This document shows positions 1 to 10,429 of a stretch of 64,000 nucleotides of DNA, one piece after another; the stretch's first letter is position 1; each line of letters begins with the position of its first letter. Source of the stretch: Cyclobacteriaceae bacterium (lineage in GTDB: Bacteria > Bacteroidota > Bacteroidia > Cytophagales > Cyclobacteriaceae). The notes under the pieces are model-generated. The model saw nothing but the letters and a program-made list of their open reading frames with translations. It searched no databases and was not told the origin of the DNA. Both the position numbers and the translations under genes were made by a program. The stretch covers positions 1,346 through 65,345 of the forward strand of contig JBGSYX010000088.1 of assembly GCA_041750735.1 (NCBI GenBank). Reading direction: 5' to 3'.

Positions 1-368
1 CAATCGTGTATAGGCAATACAAATTTTTAGTGGAAGAGAACGCCCGTGTGCTTGCGTGTTGTGAAATGCTGAAGCGTGATGATATGACGGGTTTCGGACA
101 GAATATGTTTACATCCCATGAGGACTTAAGGGAGGCTTTTGAAATGAGCTGCAGGGAGGTGAATTTCCTGGTGAAAAAAGCACAATTATCGGGTTTAAGC
201 ATTGGTTCAAAAATGCTGAGCATCGGCCTTGGCAGCACCATCAACGTTGTGAAGGTTGAAAACGTGGAGGCATTTATAAAATTCGTTGGAGAGACATTTA
301 GCACTGAATATGATCGTCAGCTCAAAACCTATATGTTGAAAATAGAAAACGGTACAAGTAAGCTTTGA
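1..368 (+). CDS. Galactokinase-like GHMP kinase, C-terminal part only (gene starts upstream of the window)
   Basis: The frame is open to the window edge. The translation ...VEENARVLACCEMLK..FGQNMFTSHEDLREAFEMSCREVNFLV... follows the conserved GalK C-terminal pattern (ENxRV, SHxSLRDDxEVSCxELDxLV). The glycine-rich GHMP motif III is degenerate here (GSKMLSIGLGS). Confidence 0.6.
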   Translation, partial: IVYRQYKFLVEENARVLACCEMLKRDDMTGFGQNMFTSHEDLREAFEMSCREVNFLVKKAQLSGLSIGSKMLSIGLGSTINVVKVENVEAFIKFVGETFSTEYDRQLKTYMLKIENGTSKL

Positions 369-423
369 GCCAACTTTGACTGCTATTGAAAAATACTGAA
401 ACATTCCCATATTGAATACCTGT

Positions 424-470
424 AAAAAAAGAAGCCCTGCCTCCATGAATGGAAGCAGGGCTTTCAAATT
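424..470. terminator. Bidirectional intrinsic terminator between the convergent galK-like and hppA genes
   Basis: A 13-bp stem (431-444 paired with 451-464, one mismatch) encloses a 6-nt loop. An A7 run lies upstream and a T-rich run downstream, so it reads as hairpin plus U-tract on both strands. Confidence 0.7.
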
Positions 471-482
471 TTAATTGAATTA

Positions 483-2789
483 TTAAAGTAGGTTTACAGA
501 GACTGTCAAACCGGCCATTACCACTGATACCATCGTCATCAATTTGATAAGGATATTCAGTGAAGGACCAGAAGTGTCTTTGAAAGGATCACCAACGGTG
601 TCACCAGAAACAGCCGCTTTGTGAGCAGGGCTGCCTTTTCCACCTTCAGCGCCTTTTTCGATGTATTTTTTGGCATTATCCCACGCGCCACCGGCGTTGT
701 TGAGCATACTGGCAAGTGTGAATCCGGCCGTTAAACCACCAGCCAACAGACCAACTACACCTGCTACGTCAAGGGTTATACCAACAATAATAGGAACTGC
801 AATTGCCAGGAGAGATGGAACTAACATCTCACGCTGAGCTCCTTTGGTTGATATTTCAACACATTTGGCATACTCTGGCTTCCCTGTACCATCCATGATA
901 CCCGGAATTTCGCGGAATTGGCGACGAACTTCATCAACCATGCTGCCGGCAGCGCGACCTACAGCTTTCATTGTCATGGCACAGAATACGAATGCCATCA
1001 TGGCACCAATGAACAGACCACCAAGCATAAGTGGGTTGAAAATAGATATATCATATGCTGCTGCAAAATCCTGTATAGAAGCAGTAGATAACTTTACTGT
1101 TTTGACACCTTCGGCGACTGTAGGAGCTACATCTGTATAAAACAGATAATTAGTTTTGTCTACCAGACGGTCAAATACACCATTGTTTGTTACGGCAAGT
1201 TTTCCAATCCAAAGACGAACTTCTTCCATGTAGGCAGCAAGTAAAGCCATTGCCGTGAGTGCGGCAGAACCAATCGCAAATCCTTTGCCGGTTGCGGCAG
1301 TGGTATTACCTAACATATCCAGCGCATCAGTACGTTCACGAACTTCTTTAGGAAGATGAGCCATTTCTGCGTTACCTCCTGCATTATCGGCTATCGGACC
1401 AAACGCATCAGTTGCCAGTGTTATGCCTAGCGTTGAAAGCATCCCTACAGCAGCAAAACCAATTCCGTAAACACCAAGCGAGAAGGTTTCAAAACCTCCG
1501 GCAAATCCGTAGGCAGCAATAATACCGATAACAATAGTTACTACAGGAATCCAGGTAGAAAACATACCAACAGCCATACCTTCTATAATAGTTGTGGCCG
1601 GACCCTGATTGGCCGCTTTTGCTATGCCTTTTGTTGGGCTATATTCATCTGAAGTGTAATATTCTGTTCCCTGGCCGATAATAACACCTGCCGCTAAGCC
1701 TGCGATTACCGAACCGACGATGCCCATTGGTATCCAGCCTGCATAAGCCAATCCAACAACAGCCAAAAGGATAAGTACTGAACTTCCGCCTGTACCAAGC
1801 AATAAAGCGGTAAGGAGGTTCCGTTGAGTTGCGGTTTCTTTGGTGCGAACCATATAAATTCCAACAATGGAGAGCAAAATTCCGACTGCGGCTACAATCA
1901 TGGGAGCAAGAATAGCTTTTTCCTGTGTCATACCGCTATTGATTAATGTAGCAGCAGGAATAGTGGCACCTAGTGCGCAAGTAGCAAGTATAGAACCAGC
2001 ATAAGACTCATATAAGTCTGCGCCCATACCGGCCACATCACCTACGTTATCTCCAACGTTATCTGCAATGGTAGCAGGATTACGTGGATCGTCTTCAGGG
2101 ATACCTGCCTCCACTTTACCAACGAGGTCAGCTCCAACATCAGCAGCTTTTGTAAAAATACCACCGCCAACACGGGCAAAAAGCGCCTGGGTAGATGCTC
2201 CCATACCGAAGGTAAGCATCGTGGCAGTAATTTCGATCATTTTAGTATGTTCATCGATACCGGCATGTACGAACGTCAGGCCCAACATCTCAACACCACT
2301 GGCCATATGCTCAGGAGTATAAATCACTTCATTTAAAAGTAGGTACCAAAGTGAAATGTCAAGAAGACCGAATCCAACAACAACCAGACCCATAACGGCC
2401 CCACTACGAAAAGCTATTTGCAAGCCCTTGTTAAGTGATTGGGAAGCGCCTTGTGCTGTCCTGGCAGAAGCGTTTGTAGCTGTGCGCATACCAATATAGC
2501 CGCAAATACCGGAGAATAAACCTCCTGTAAGGAAGGCTACAGGTACGAATGGGTTTTGAATGCCAAAGTATGCCATTACCGTGAGTAACAACACCAAAAC
2601 AATGAAAACCTTTCCTACAACAGAATATTGGCGAGCCAGGTAGGCCATTGCCCCCTCGCGCACGTGTTGGGCAATTTCCTTCATTTTGTCATTGCCCTCA
2701 GAATTTTTCATCATGCTCTTATAAAAAATCAGAGCGAATAATAGCGCAGTAAACGACGCTATTGGTACCAACCAAAAGATACTGTCCAT
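483..2789 (-). CDS. hppA: Membrane-bound ion-translocating inorganic pyrophosphatase (K+-dependent type signature)
   Basis: The product is 768 aa and highly hydrophobic. It carries the M-PPase motifs [49 protein letters not shown] and [21 protein letters not shown]. Confidence 0.95.
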   Translation of the reverse strand: MDSIFWLVPIASFTALLFALIFYKSMMKNSEGNDKMKEIAQHVREGAMAYLARQYSVVGKVFIVLVLLLTVMAYFGIQNPFVPVAFLTGGLFSGICGYIGMRTATNASARTAQGASQSLNKGLQIAFRSGAVMGLVVVGFGLLDISLWYLLLNEVIYTPEHMASGVEMLGLTFVHAGIDEHTKMIEITATMLTFGMGASTQALFARVGGGIFTKAADVGADLVGKVEAGIPEDDPRNPATIADNVGDNVGDVAGMGADLYESYAGSILATCALGATIPAATLINSGMTQEKAILAPMIVAAVGILLSIVGIYMVRTKETATQRNLLTALLLGTGGSSVLILLAVVGLAYAGWIPMGIVGSVIAGLAAGVIIGQGTEYYTSDEYSPTKGIAKAANQGPATTIIEGMAVGMFSTWIPVVTIVIGIIAAYGFAGGFETFSLGVYGIGFAAVGMLSTLGITLATDAFGPIADNAGGNAEMAHLPKEVRERTDALDMLGNTTAATGKGFAIGSAALTAMALLAAYMEEVRLWIGKLAVTNNGVFDRLVDKTNYLFYTDVAPTVAEGVKTVKLSTASIQDFAAAYDISIFNPLMLGGLFIGAMMAFVFCAMTMKAVGRAAGSMVDEVRRQFREIPGIMDGTGKPEYAKCVEISTKGAQREMLVPSLLAIAVPIIVGITLDVAGVVGLLAGGLTAGFTLASMLNNAGGAWDNAKKYIEKGAEGGKGSPAHKAAVSGDTVGDPFKDTSGPSLNILIKLMTMVSVVMAGLTVSVNLL

Positions 2790-3174
2790 GTTGTTAAAGC
2801 TTTAATGAATAATAGTTGAAAGAATTTTTTTAATACTACTTGTTTTGAATGAGATTTTCCAGATACCCTTAAAAAAAGATTACTCGAAATAATCCGATTA
2901 CGAAAGTAGAGTATTCAATTATTTTAAAACATGATTTATACCCATGAATTAAAACCTTCTTTATCACTCCTTTGTGTGAAACCACTAAAAAATGTTCAAA
3001 ATCTCATCCTACCCGATAGAAACGTGAAACACACGTTTGCAATTCAGTACCAAAGTAAGGAAATATGCATTGATGAAATAGTACTTTTTCTATTACATTC
3101 TTGCTTTAATCCAATTGCTTCACATTATCACCCTTGGATTATATGGCGGCTTGTTCAACAAATCACGCTCTTTC

Positions 3175-3888
3175 CTAAAACTCGAAGTTAAATCCTTCTT
3201 CGCGGAGTTGACGGTAGATTTTTTGATCGAAGCGATACATGCTCGCTGCTCTGTGCGATACACCCATTTGCTTCTCATTACATTCCAATAAAAGACCCAT
3301 CTTCATGATCTTCCTCCGGAAGTTTGGCTTATCAACCTTGATCTCGAGGATTGCTTCGTAAAGTTCCTGAAGTTGGAAAAGAGTGAATTTTTGAGGCAGC
3401 AGGTTAAATCCAATTGGTTCATACTTTACCTTGCGCTTCAGTCGGTTCCATCCAAATCGCAAAATTTCCTCATGGTCATAGGGAAGATCGGGGATCGAAT
3501 CCATATCGAACCACTTGGCATCCGATGCCGTGAATCCCGGTAAAAGTTTATATTCCTCGGGGCGGGTCAAAGCAAAATAGGCTATGGTGATAACCCGCTT
3601 CGTAGGATAGCGCTCCACATTTCCAAATGCCTTTAATTGCTCCAGGTAAAGATTTTCAACACCCGTGAGGTCGTGCAATAGCCGGTTGGCTGCCTTGTCG
3701 ACATCTTCATTATATGCGACAAATCCACCCGGCAATGCCCACTGGTCTTTAATGATACCGGCTGCATGCTTCACCAGCAAAATTTTCAACTTCGATTGTT
3801 GGAATCCAAAAATCACGCAGTCGATAGAAAGATCCTCGATGAGTTCTGAGGAAGATTTATTGTTGGTTTCTTCAGGCATTAGATTCAA
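3175..3888 (-). CDS. NrtR-family (Nudix-related) transcriptional regulator, probable pentose (xylose) regulator
   Basis: The 237-aa product has an N-terminal Nudix fold with a degenerate Nudix box (GGFVAYNEDVDKAANRLLHDLTGV, where the REuxEE glutamates are replaced by RLLHDL). The C-terminus is winged-helix-like (FTLFQLQELYEAILEIKVDKPNFRRKIMKMGLL). It is divergently transcribed from xylBA. Confidence 0.7.
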   Translation of the reverse strand: MNLMPEETNNKSSSELIEDLSIDCVIFGFQQSKLKILLVKHAAGIIKDQWALPGGFVAYNEDVDKAANRLLHDLTGVENLYLEQLKAFGNVERYPTKRVITIAYFALTRPEEYKLLPGFTASDAKWFDMDSIPDLPYDHEEILRFGWNRLKRKVKYEPIGFNLLPQKFTLFQLQELYEAILEIKVDKPNFRRKIMKMGLLLECNEKQMGVSHRAASMYRFDQKIYRQLREEGFNFEF

Positions 3889-3915
3889 TTTTAAAAAATA
3901 AAACTTTTAGTCTTA

Positions 3916-3923
3916 TATATTTG
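3916..3923 (+). promoter_or_regulatory. Candidate Bacteroidota -7 promoter box (TATATTTG) for xylBA
   Basis: This matches TAnnTTTG 110 nt upstream of the xylB ATG. ATCAG(G/A) repeats lie immediately downstream at 3925-3930, 3954-3959 (inverted) and 4001-4006. Confidence 0.35.
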
Positions 3924-3982
3924 AAATCAGGATAAAACATAATATCTTGTAGTCTGATTGACTATATCGGAATTTGTTCTTC

Positions 3983-3990
3983 CAAATTTA
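3983..3990 (-). promoter_or_regulatory. Candidate -7 promoter box (TAAATTTG on the minus strand) for the NrtR-like regulator
   Basis: The plus strand reads CAAATTTA, which is TAAATTTG on the minus strand, about 95 nt upstream of the regulator ATG at 3888. Confidence 0.3.
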
Positions 3991-4032
3991 AGTGGTTTCC
4001 ATCAGATTTTTTTCATTCTAAACACTTGAAAT

Positions 4033-5505
4033 ATGTTATTGGGATATGACCTTGGTAGTTCATCCATCAAGGCGACATTATTAAATTCTGTGACGGGTGA
4101 AGCTGTGGCTTCTGCTACATACCCCAAACAGGAAATGCAGATTCTTTCCAAAAGAACCGGCTGGGCTGAGCAGGAGCCAGAAACATGGTGGACAAACGTT
4201 AAAAATGCCACGAATGAACTGATCGCTAAGTCCAGGGTTCCCAAGGATGCCATCAAGGCAATTGGAATTTCATATCAAATGCACGGACTTGTATTGGTGG
4301 ACAAAGACAGAAATGTGTTGCGTCCTTCGATCATCTGGTGCGATAGCCGGGCTGTGAATATCGGCAAACAAGCATTTCATGATCTTGGCGGCGAGTACTG
4401 CCTCTCCAATTTTCTGAATTCGCCTGGAAATTTTACAGCCTCGAAACTGAAATGGGTGAAAGAAAACGAACCCGAATTATTCGAGAAAGTATATAAGGCC
4501 ATGCTCCCTGGCGATTATTTAGCCATGAAGATGACTGGAGAAATCAACACCACTATCTCCGGCCTATCAGAGGGAATTTTCTGGGATTTCAAACATCAAA
4601 AAATAGCCGAGAAACTGCTGACTTATTACGGAATAGACCCGTCATTGCTCCCCAAAATTGTTGATACATTTTCAATTCAGGGAAAGCTAAGCTCTACAGC
4701 GGCAAATGAATTAGGTCTGAATCCAGGCACGCCGATCGCCTACAGGGTGGGCGACCAGCCTAACAATGCATTTTCACTAAATGTACTTAATCCCGGTGAG
4801 GTAGCGGCAACTGCCGGAACCAGTGGAGTGGTGTATGGCATTATCGACGCTCCAAAATATGATCCATTATCCAGAGTGAACACTTTCGTTCATGTGAATC
4901 ATACAAAGAAAGCGGAAAGATATGGTGTTCTGCTTTGCGTAAACGGAACTGGAATTCTCAATAGCTGGCTTCAAAAGCACTTCGTAAAGGGAATGTCATA
5001 TGACGATATGAATGAATTAGCCATGAGTGCACCTATTGGTGCTGACGGACTTTCCTTTATTCCTTTCGGCAACGGCGCAGAGCGAATCATGGAAAATAAT
5101 GACATGGGCGCAAGACTCAGTGGTCTTAATTTCAACAGACATTCGCACAAGCATATTCTTCGTGCTGGCCAGGAAGGGATCGTGTTCGCACTGAATTATG
5201 GCTTCAATATCATGAAGGAAATGGGCATGGAGCTGCAAAAAGTCAAGGCCGGATACGCCAATATGTTCCTGAGTCCATTGTTCCGTGAGGCATTCGCTAA
5301 CATCACTTACACGGTGGTGGAGCTTTATAATACAGATGGTGCTCAGGGAGCAGCGCGTGGTGCGGGTATCGGCGCAAGAATATTCGACAACGCGGAAGCT
5401 GCATTTAAAGGCCTGAAAGCCATTGAAAAAATAGAACCTAGTCCGCTGCTCTTCGGAGCTTATGAGGACGCTTATGGTAATTGGTTGAAAAATCTAACTG
5501 TTTAA
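4033..5505 (+). CDS. xylB: Xylulokinase (FGGY carbohydrate kinase)
   Basis: The 490-aa product has the FGGY N-terminus [13 protein letters not shown] and a GTSGV motif. It sits 10 nt upstream of, and co-oriented with, xylA. Confidence 0.9.
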   Translation: MLLGYDLGSSSIKATLLNSVTGEAVASATYPKQEMQILSKRTGWAEQEPETWWTNVKNATNELIAKSRVPKDAIKAIGISYQMHGLVLVDKDRNVLRPSIIWCDSRAVNIGKQAFHDLGGEYCLSNFLNSPGNFTASKLKWVKENEPELFEKVYKAMLPGDYLAMKMTGEINTTISGLSEGIFWDFKHQKIAEKLLTYYGIDPSLLPKIVDTFSIQGKLSSTAANELGLNPGTPIAYRVGDQPNNAFSLNVLNPGEVAATAGTSGVVYGIIDAPKYDPLSRVNTFVHVNHTKKAERYGVLLCVNGTGILNSWLQKHFVKGMSYDDMNELAMSAPIGADGLSFIPFGNGAERIMENNDMGARLSGLNFNRHSHKHILRAGQEGIVFALNYGFNIMKEMGMELQKVKAGYANMFLSPLFREAFANITYTVVELYNTDGAQGAARGAGIGARIFDNAEAAFKGLKAIEKIEPSPLLFGAYEDAYGNWLKNLTV

Positions 5506-5515
5506 ATATACAATT

Positions 5516-6832
5516 ATGAGTAAATCTTTTTTTCCCACGATCAACAAGATCAAATACGAAGGCAAGGAATCAACGAATCCATTTGCATTCAAATACTATG
5601 ATGAAAACCAAAAAGTGGTTGGCGGCAAAACCATGAAGGAGTACTTCCGGTTTGCCATAGCCTACTGGCATACCTTCTGCGGTACTGGCAATGACCCGTT
5701 CGGACCGGGCACCAAAAAATTTCCCTGGGACTTAAACACAGAACCCGTGCAGCGCGCAAAAGATAAAATGGATGCTGCTTTCGAATTCATCACGAAGATC
5801 GGAGCGCCGTTTTATTGCTTCCATGACTTCGACCTGATCGAAGAAGGCAGCAGCATTGCAGAATCTGAAAAGCGCCTTCAGACAATTGTTGATTACGCGA
5901 AAGCGAAACAACAAGAAACCGGCGTAAAATTGTTATGGGGTACTGCAAACGTATTTTCCAACCCGCGATACATGAATGGCGCATCCACCAATCCGGATTT
6001 CACCGCATTGGCATGGGCCGGAACCCAGGTGAAAAATGCCATTGATGCAACAATCGCCCTCGGTGGTGAAAATTATGTCTTCTGGGGTGGACGCGAAGGC
6101 TATATGTCACTCCTAAACACAGACATGAAACGCGAAAAAGAACACCTGGCGCGCTTCCTCCACATGGCCAAAGACTATGCACGTAAGAATGGTTTCAAGG
6201 GAACGTTCCTCATAGAGCCAAAACCAATGGAGCCTACAAAACATCAGTATGACTATGACTCTGAGACTGTGATTGGATTCCTGAGAGCGAATGGCTTAGA
6301 CAAAGATTTCAAACTGAATATTGAAGTTAACCATGCCACGCTGGCTGGCCATACGTTCCAGCATGAATTGCAGGTGGCAGCTGATGCCGGATTACTCGGA
6401 AGTATCGATGCCAATAGGGGTGATTATCAGAACGGTTGGGATACTGATCAATTCCCAACAAATCTGGGCGAAATGGCCGAAAGCATGCTTGTGATTATGG
6501 AAGCCGGAGGATTTACAACCGGAGGTGTAAACTTCGACGCGAAGACGCGTAGAAACTCAACTGACCTGGAGGATATATTCCTCGCACACATCGGTGGTAT
6601 GGATGCATTTGCCCGCGGGTTACTGATTGCACAAGACGTACTCGAAAAATCAAGCTACAAGAAGCTCCGTAAAGAGCGTTATGCCTCCTATGACTCCGGA
6701 AAAGGCGCAGATTTTGAAAAAGGTAAACTCGTGCTAGAAGACCTTAGAAAGTATGCCATTGAGACAGGCGAGCCAAAACAAATCAGCGGCAAGCAGGAAA
6801 TGTATGAGAATATGATCAATCAGCATATTTAG
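5516..6832 (+). CDS. xylA: Xylose isomerase (class II)
   Basis: The 438-aa product carries the signatures [29 protein letters not shown] and [12 protein letters not shown]. Confidence 0.97.
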   Translation: MSKSFFPTINKIKYEGKESTNPFAFKYYDENQKVVGGKTMKEYFRFAIAYWHTFCGTGNDPFGPGTKKFPWDLNTEPVQRAKDKMDAAFEFITKIGAPFYCFHDFDLIEEGSSIAESEKRLQTIVDYAKAKQQETGVKLLWGTANVFSNPRYMNGASTNPDFTALAWAGTQVKNAIDATIALGGENYVFWGGREGYMSLLNTDMKREKEHLARFLHMAKDYARKNGFKGTFLIEPKPMEPTKHQYDYDSETVIGFLRANGLDKDFKLNIEVNHATLAGHTFQHELQVAADAGLLGSIDANRGDYQNGWDTDQFPTNLGEMAESMLVIMEAGGFTTGGVNFDAKTRRNSTDLEDIFLAHIGGMDAFARGLLIAQDVLEKSSYKKLRKERYASYDSGKGADFEKGKLVLEDLRKYAIETGEPKQISGKQEMYENMINQHI

Positions 6833-6857
6833 CATTCATTTTATAAAATGTGAAGAT

Positions 6858-6889
6858 AAAGCCGGTTTATTCGCCGGCTTTTTTATTTT
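6858..6889 (+). terminator. Intrinsic terminator after xylA
   Basis: AAAGCCGG (6858-6865) pairs with CCGGCTTT (6874-6881) around an 8-nt loop and is followed by a T-run. Confidence 0.8.
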
Positions 6890-7012
6890 AATCCACAAAT
6901 ATGTTTGGATGCTTCTGAATTTGCTTCTAGCCAATCAACCGCAAAAAGGATTTGATATCCATGATTCAGTTGGTAACATTGTCAGTTGAAAAACCATAAA
7001 AAAGAGGCAATG

Positions 7013-7795
7013 TTATTCAACGGTAAAGTCAATCGGAATGCCCAATTCTTCATAGAGTTTCTTTCGCTGAGCTTTGTCCACACTTAAGATTTCATGAGCA
7101 GCCTGTGCTACCGTAACCGCTTGATCTCGAGGAACAACAATGACGCCATCGCCGTCTGCAACAATCACATCGCCAGGCCGAATCAATACACCTCCAATGA
7201 CCACCGGTTTCTGGACAGATTCTACTTCATTCCGTCCTGGCCTGATACCCCGGCCCCTTTGCGCGATATCCATATACAGGGGTATTTGCTGCTTGATTAT
7301 TTCATCCGTATCGCGAACACCTCCTGCAGATACGATACCAACAGCGCCTTTCTTCATCCAAAGCATAGAATTATTCGAGCCCGTGGAACCGGTGTCACCA
7401 TCTCCGGCGTTGTCAATGACCACCACGCTGCCCGCTTTTAAAAAATCCATAAATGGTTCAGGGGAAATGTTGCCATACCATTGGTCACGCCACTTTTCGT
7501 ATTCTTCCTTCGAAACGTTGGTTGGAAAAACCCTATTGGTGGGCACATAACGAACAGTAACGGCTATTCCGCAAAACATGTGTTTGAAATTATCAATATC
7601 TTTCCATAACGCCTCGATGGTAGGATCGAGCAATCCTACATCCTTGAGACCGACGAGATCCATGCCATCTGAGACATCGGCAACACGGAGGCCTTTGTAA
7701 AGCTTCAGGATTTCATCATCAGTGAGTGTCTTCGTCTGAGACCACACTGGCAGAGTGGCAATTATTGCCAGGGCAAAAAGTATAGTATTTTTCAT
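7013..7795 (-). CDS. RraA-family (aldolase/RraA fold) protein with N-terminal signal peptide
   Basis: The 260-aa product has a Sec-type leader (MKNTILFALAIIATLPVWSQ). The RraA-like core includes GSVVVIDNAGDGDTGSTGSNNSMLWMKKGAVGIVSAGGVRDTDE and PGDVIVADGDGVIVVP. Confidence 0.65.
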   Translation of the reverse strand: MKNTILFALAIIATLPVWSQTKTLTDDEILKLYKGLRVADVSDGMDLVGLKDVGLLDPTIEALWKDIDNFKHMFCGIAVTVRYVPTNRVFPTNVSKEEYEKWRDQWYGNISPEPFMDFLKAGSVVVIDNAGDGDTGSTGSNNSMLWMKKGAVGIVSAGGVRDTDEIIKQQIPLYMDIAQRGRGIRPGRNEVESVQKPVVIGGVLIRPGDVIVADGDGVIVVPRDQAVTVAQAAHEILSVDKAQRKKLYEELGIPIDFTVE

Positions 7796-7833
7796 GATAA
7801 CATTGGGTTTATGATACCCTGAAAATACTGTAT

Positions 7834-8403
7834 TTATTTCAGAATTGCCACCTTGAGAATAAGTATTAGTGGTATCAGTCCCTGGTCTTCTGAAGGTGAT
7901 GTCTGGATTTTTTGTACTATTTCCATACCTTCTGTTACCCGGCCGAATGCTGCAAATCCTTGCCCGTCGGGATTGCGTTTACCACCAAAATCAAGTTCGG
8001 GCTGGTCGCCGATACAGATGAAAAAGGATTCCTGAGCTGAATCAGGCTCGCCACGAGCCATCGAAATGGTACCATTCTCGTGCTTCAATCCCGTTTCTTT
8101 TGTTCTTTCGAGAGGTATCGGGTCGAACAGGAAGTTCTGCTTCCAGGGATGAGCGCCGCCCTGAATTACTTCAATTTTTACAGGTGAATCAGGCTGGTTG
8201 TCCATGCGTACCGTTCTGAAAAACGATCCTCCTTTGTAGAAATCGCCTTCCGCATATTTAAGGAAATTAGCAACGGTTAATGGCGCTTTAGATGGTTCCA
8301 ACTGTAGGATTATATCGCCTAACTGAGTGGAAATTTTTACTCGCTGAGCAAAGGATGGCATTTGCAATTGAAGTCCGAGGAAAAGAAAAAAGAGGAATTT
8401 CAT
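7834..8403 (-). CDS. Cyclophilin-type peptidyl-prolyl cis-trans isomerase, secreted
   Basis: The 189-aa product has a signal peptide (MKFLFFLFLGLQLQMPSFAQ). Cyclophilin motifs are present: APLTVANFLKY, FFRTV, GTISMAR, SQESFFIC and FGRVTEGMEIV. Confidence 0.85.
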   Translation of the reverse strand: MKFLFFLFLGLQLQMPSFAQRVKISTQLGDIILQLEPSKAPLTVANFLKYAEGDFYKGGSFFRTVRMDNQPDSPVKIEVIQGGAHPWKQNFLFDPIPLERTKETGLKHENGTISMARGEPDSAQESFFICIGDQPELDFGGKRNPDGQGFAAFGRVTEGMEIVQKIQTSPSEDQGLIPLILILKVAILK

Positions 8404-8647
8404 GGTGCTCTATTTTTATAGCAATTTATGTAATTCAACCATAGTATCAGTGGGACACTCCATATGCACTTCAATCCAACTCAAACTGACGAGTCAATGG
8501 GTGGGTGACGTCGACGTCTTTATTTGGTATCGGACTTATTTATTCACCGATACAATTTGAAATTCGGCTTCCTGTCCGAAGGTAAAAATTGAAGTTTTCG
8601 CTGGTTATCCTCTTTAAACTTGAATTAAAGAAAACTGGGATTTTCAG

Positions 8648-10315
8648 CTATTTAATCATATCCTTATCGAAATACTCAAACGTTTCACCTTGCCTTATCG
8701 CCTCAAGATCAAGTTCCTTCGTGGATATTTCGCGCATTTCGACTTTGCGAATCTTTCCTGTTACGGTTATTGGAAAGGAATCGACAAATTTCCAGTATCG
8801 GGGAATTTTATATGTCGCAATCTGGCCCTTGCAGTATTCAGCCAGCTGATCGCCAGTCGCGCTTCTGGCATCCTTGAGCTTCACCCATGCCATCACTTCT
8901 TCACCGTACTTATAACTGGGCACACCAATCACATACACGTCGCTCACAGAATCATGCATGCGCAGAAATTCCTCAATTTCTAATGGACCTATATTTTCTC
9001 CGCCACGCAAAATCATGTCTTTTATACGACCAGTGATTTTCACGTAGCCATCTTCATCCATTATTGCCAAATCGCCGGTATGCATCCATCCGGTCTCATC
9101 AATTACAGCGTGCGTTGCCTCATCATTATCCCAGTATTTTAGCATAACTGAATAACCCCTTGTGCAAAGTTCACCCTGTTGACCCATAGGAAGTATTTTT
9201 CCTGATTCCCTATCAATAATTTTAATTTCGATATGATCCAGTACTCTACCTACTGTCCCCACGCGCTTATCAACGGGGTCGTTGCCCATGGTTTGTGTAG
9301 ATACAGGTGAAGTCTCTGTCATGCCATAGCATATTTGCACGTCTTTCATATTCATGCGATTTATCACATCATTCATTGTCTTCACTGGACAACTGGCACC
9401 GGCCATGATCCCTGTGTGTAAGGTAGATAAGTCAAATTTACCGAAGTTTGGGTGATCAAGTTCGGCAATAAACATAGCAGGTACGCCGTAGAGTGATGTA
9501 CATTTTTCATCCTGAACTGTTTTCAAAACTATTTCCGGTTCAAATGCTTCCCCCGGTACAACCATACACGATCCGTGTGTGGTGCAGGCGATGTTGGCCA
9601 AAACCATTCCAAAACAATGATAAAACGGGACGGGTATACATACGCGCTCGTGTTCATTGTATTGAAGACGTTCACCGATGAAGTAACCATTATTCAGGAT
9701 GTTGTGATGTGTAAGCGTGGCACCTTTGGGAAATCCAGTCGTACCAGAAGTATATTGTATGTTGACAGGCTCGTCAAATTGCAAACTGTTTTCTATTTCC
9801 TCCATGGTATTGTCTGATATCCGCTTTCCGGCTTCGATAAAAGCAGACCAGTCATGGTCTATCACTATTACCTGTTGCAGATGAAAACAATCACTTCGCA
9901 CCTGATTTAGAATATCTGCATAATTGGTTTGACGGAAACCTTTGGACATGATAAGAAGACTGACCCCCGACTGTTTCAATGCATATTTCAGTTCAACCGG
10001 CCGATATGCAGGATTGACATTGACCAGAATGGCCCCCATACGAGCTGTAGCATATTGGATTACGACCCACTCGTATCGGTTGGCCGACCATATCCCAACC
10101 CGGTCGCCCTTTTTCACACCCTTAGCTAGGAGACTTTTGGCAACTTCGGTGGTTTGCATCCAGAATTGTGAATAGGTTGCCCGATAATTCTGGTAGGGCA
10201 CGACAAGCGCTTCGGCATTAGGGTAACGCTCTACAGTATTTTTGAGACTTTGCCCGATTGTTTCACCCAATAGTGGAGTATTCGACGCTCCATGGGCATA
10301 GGAAAATTTTGACAT
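8648..10315 (-). CDS. AMP-binding acyl-CoA synthetase / fatty-acid-CoA ligase
   Basis: The 555-aa product has the adenylation motifs IQYTSGTTGFPKGATLTH, YGMTETSP, TGDLAIMDEDGY and a terminal GKIRK. Confidence 0.85.
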   Translation of the reverse strand: MSKFSYAHGASNTPLLGETIGQSLKNTVERYPNAEALVVPYQNYRATYSQFWMQTTEVAKSLLAKGVKKGDRVGIWSANRYEWVVIQYATARMGAILVNVNPAYRPVELKYALKQSGVSLLIMSKGFRQTNYADILNQVRSDCFHLQQVIVIDHDWSAFIEAGKRISDNTMEEIENSLQFDEPVNIQYTSGTTGFPKGATLTHHNILNNGYFIGERLQYNEHERVCIPVPFYHCFGMVLANIACTTHGSCMVVPGEAFEPEIVLKTVQDEKCTSLYGVPAMFIAELDHPNFGKFDLSTLHTGIMAGASCPVKTMNDVINRMNMKDVQICYGMTETSPVSTQTMGNDPVDKRVGTVGRVLDHIEIKIIDRESGKILPMGQQGELCTRGYSVMLKYWDNDEATHAVIDETGWMHTGDLAIMDEDGYVKITGRIKDMILRGGENIGPLEIEEFLRMHDSVSDVYVIGVPSYKYGEEVMAWVKLKDARSATGDQLAEYCKGQIATYKIPRYWKFVDSFPITVTGKIRKVEMREISTKELDLEAIRQGETFEYFDKDMIK

Positions 10316-10429
10316 ACTTCGAAAAATAAGCTTAAAAATAGGTTGTACCTAGAAAAATAAAAATGATTTCAATCACCCAAAAGGTAGAAGTTGATTATTA
10401 AACCCCCACCATGCTGCACTTTTTCATCA

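Noticed and set aside
2931-3191. An 86-aa plus-strand ORF in the 385-bp spacer upstream of hppA.
   Set aside because: It is AT-rich with non-protein-like composition. It overlaps the 3' end of the NrtR-like gene and spans a hairpin (AAACGTG-aaaca-CACGTTT, 3020-3038) that more plausibly belongs to that gene's 3' end.
7094-7550. Two overlapping plus-strand ORFs (115 aa and 136 aa) opposite the RraA-like gene.
   Set aside because: They are antisense shadows, and the minus-strand frame carries the family motifs and a signal peptide.
8507-8518. The palindrome GACGTCGACGTC and a nearby 7-bp hairpin (GTATCGG...CCGATAC) in the spacer between the acyl-CoA synthetase and cyclophilin genes.
   Set aside because: These are short single occurrences with no U-tract in the transcribed orientation. 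They are compatible with chance or a weak 3'-end structure and not worth a separate call.
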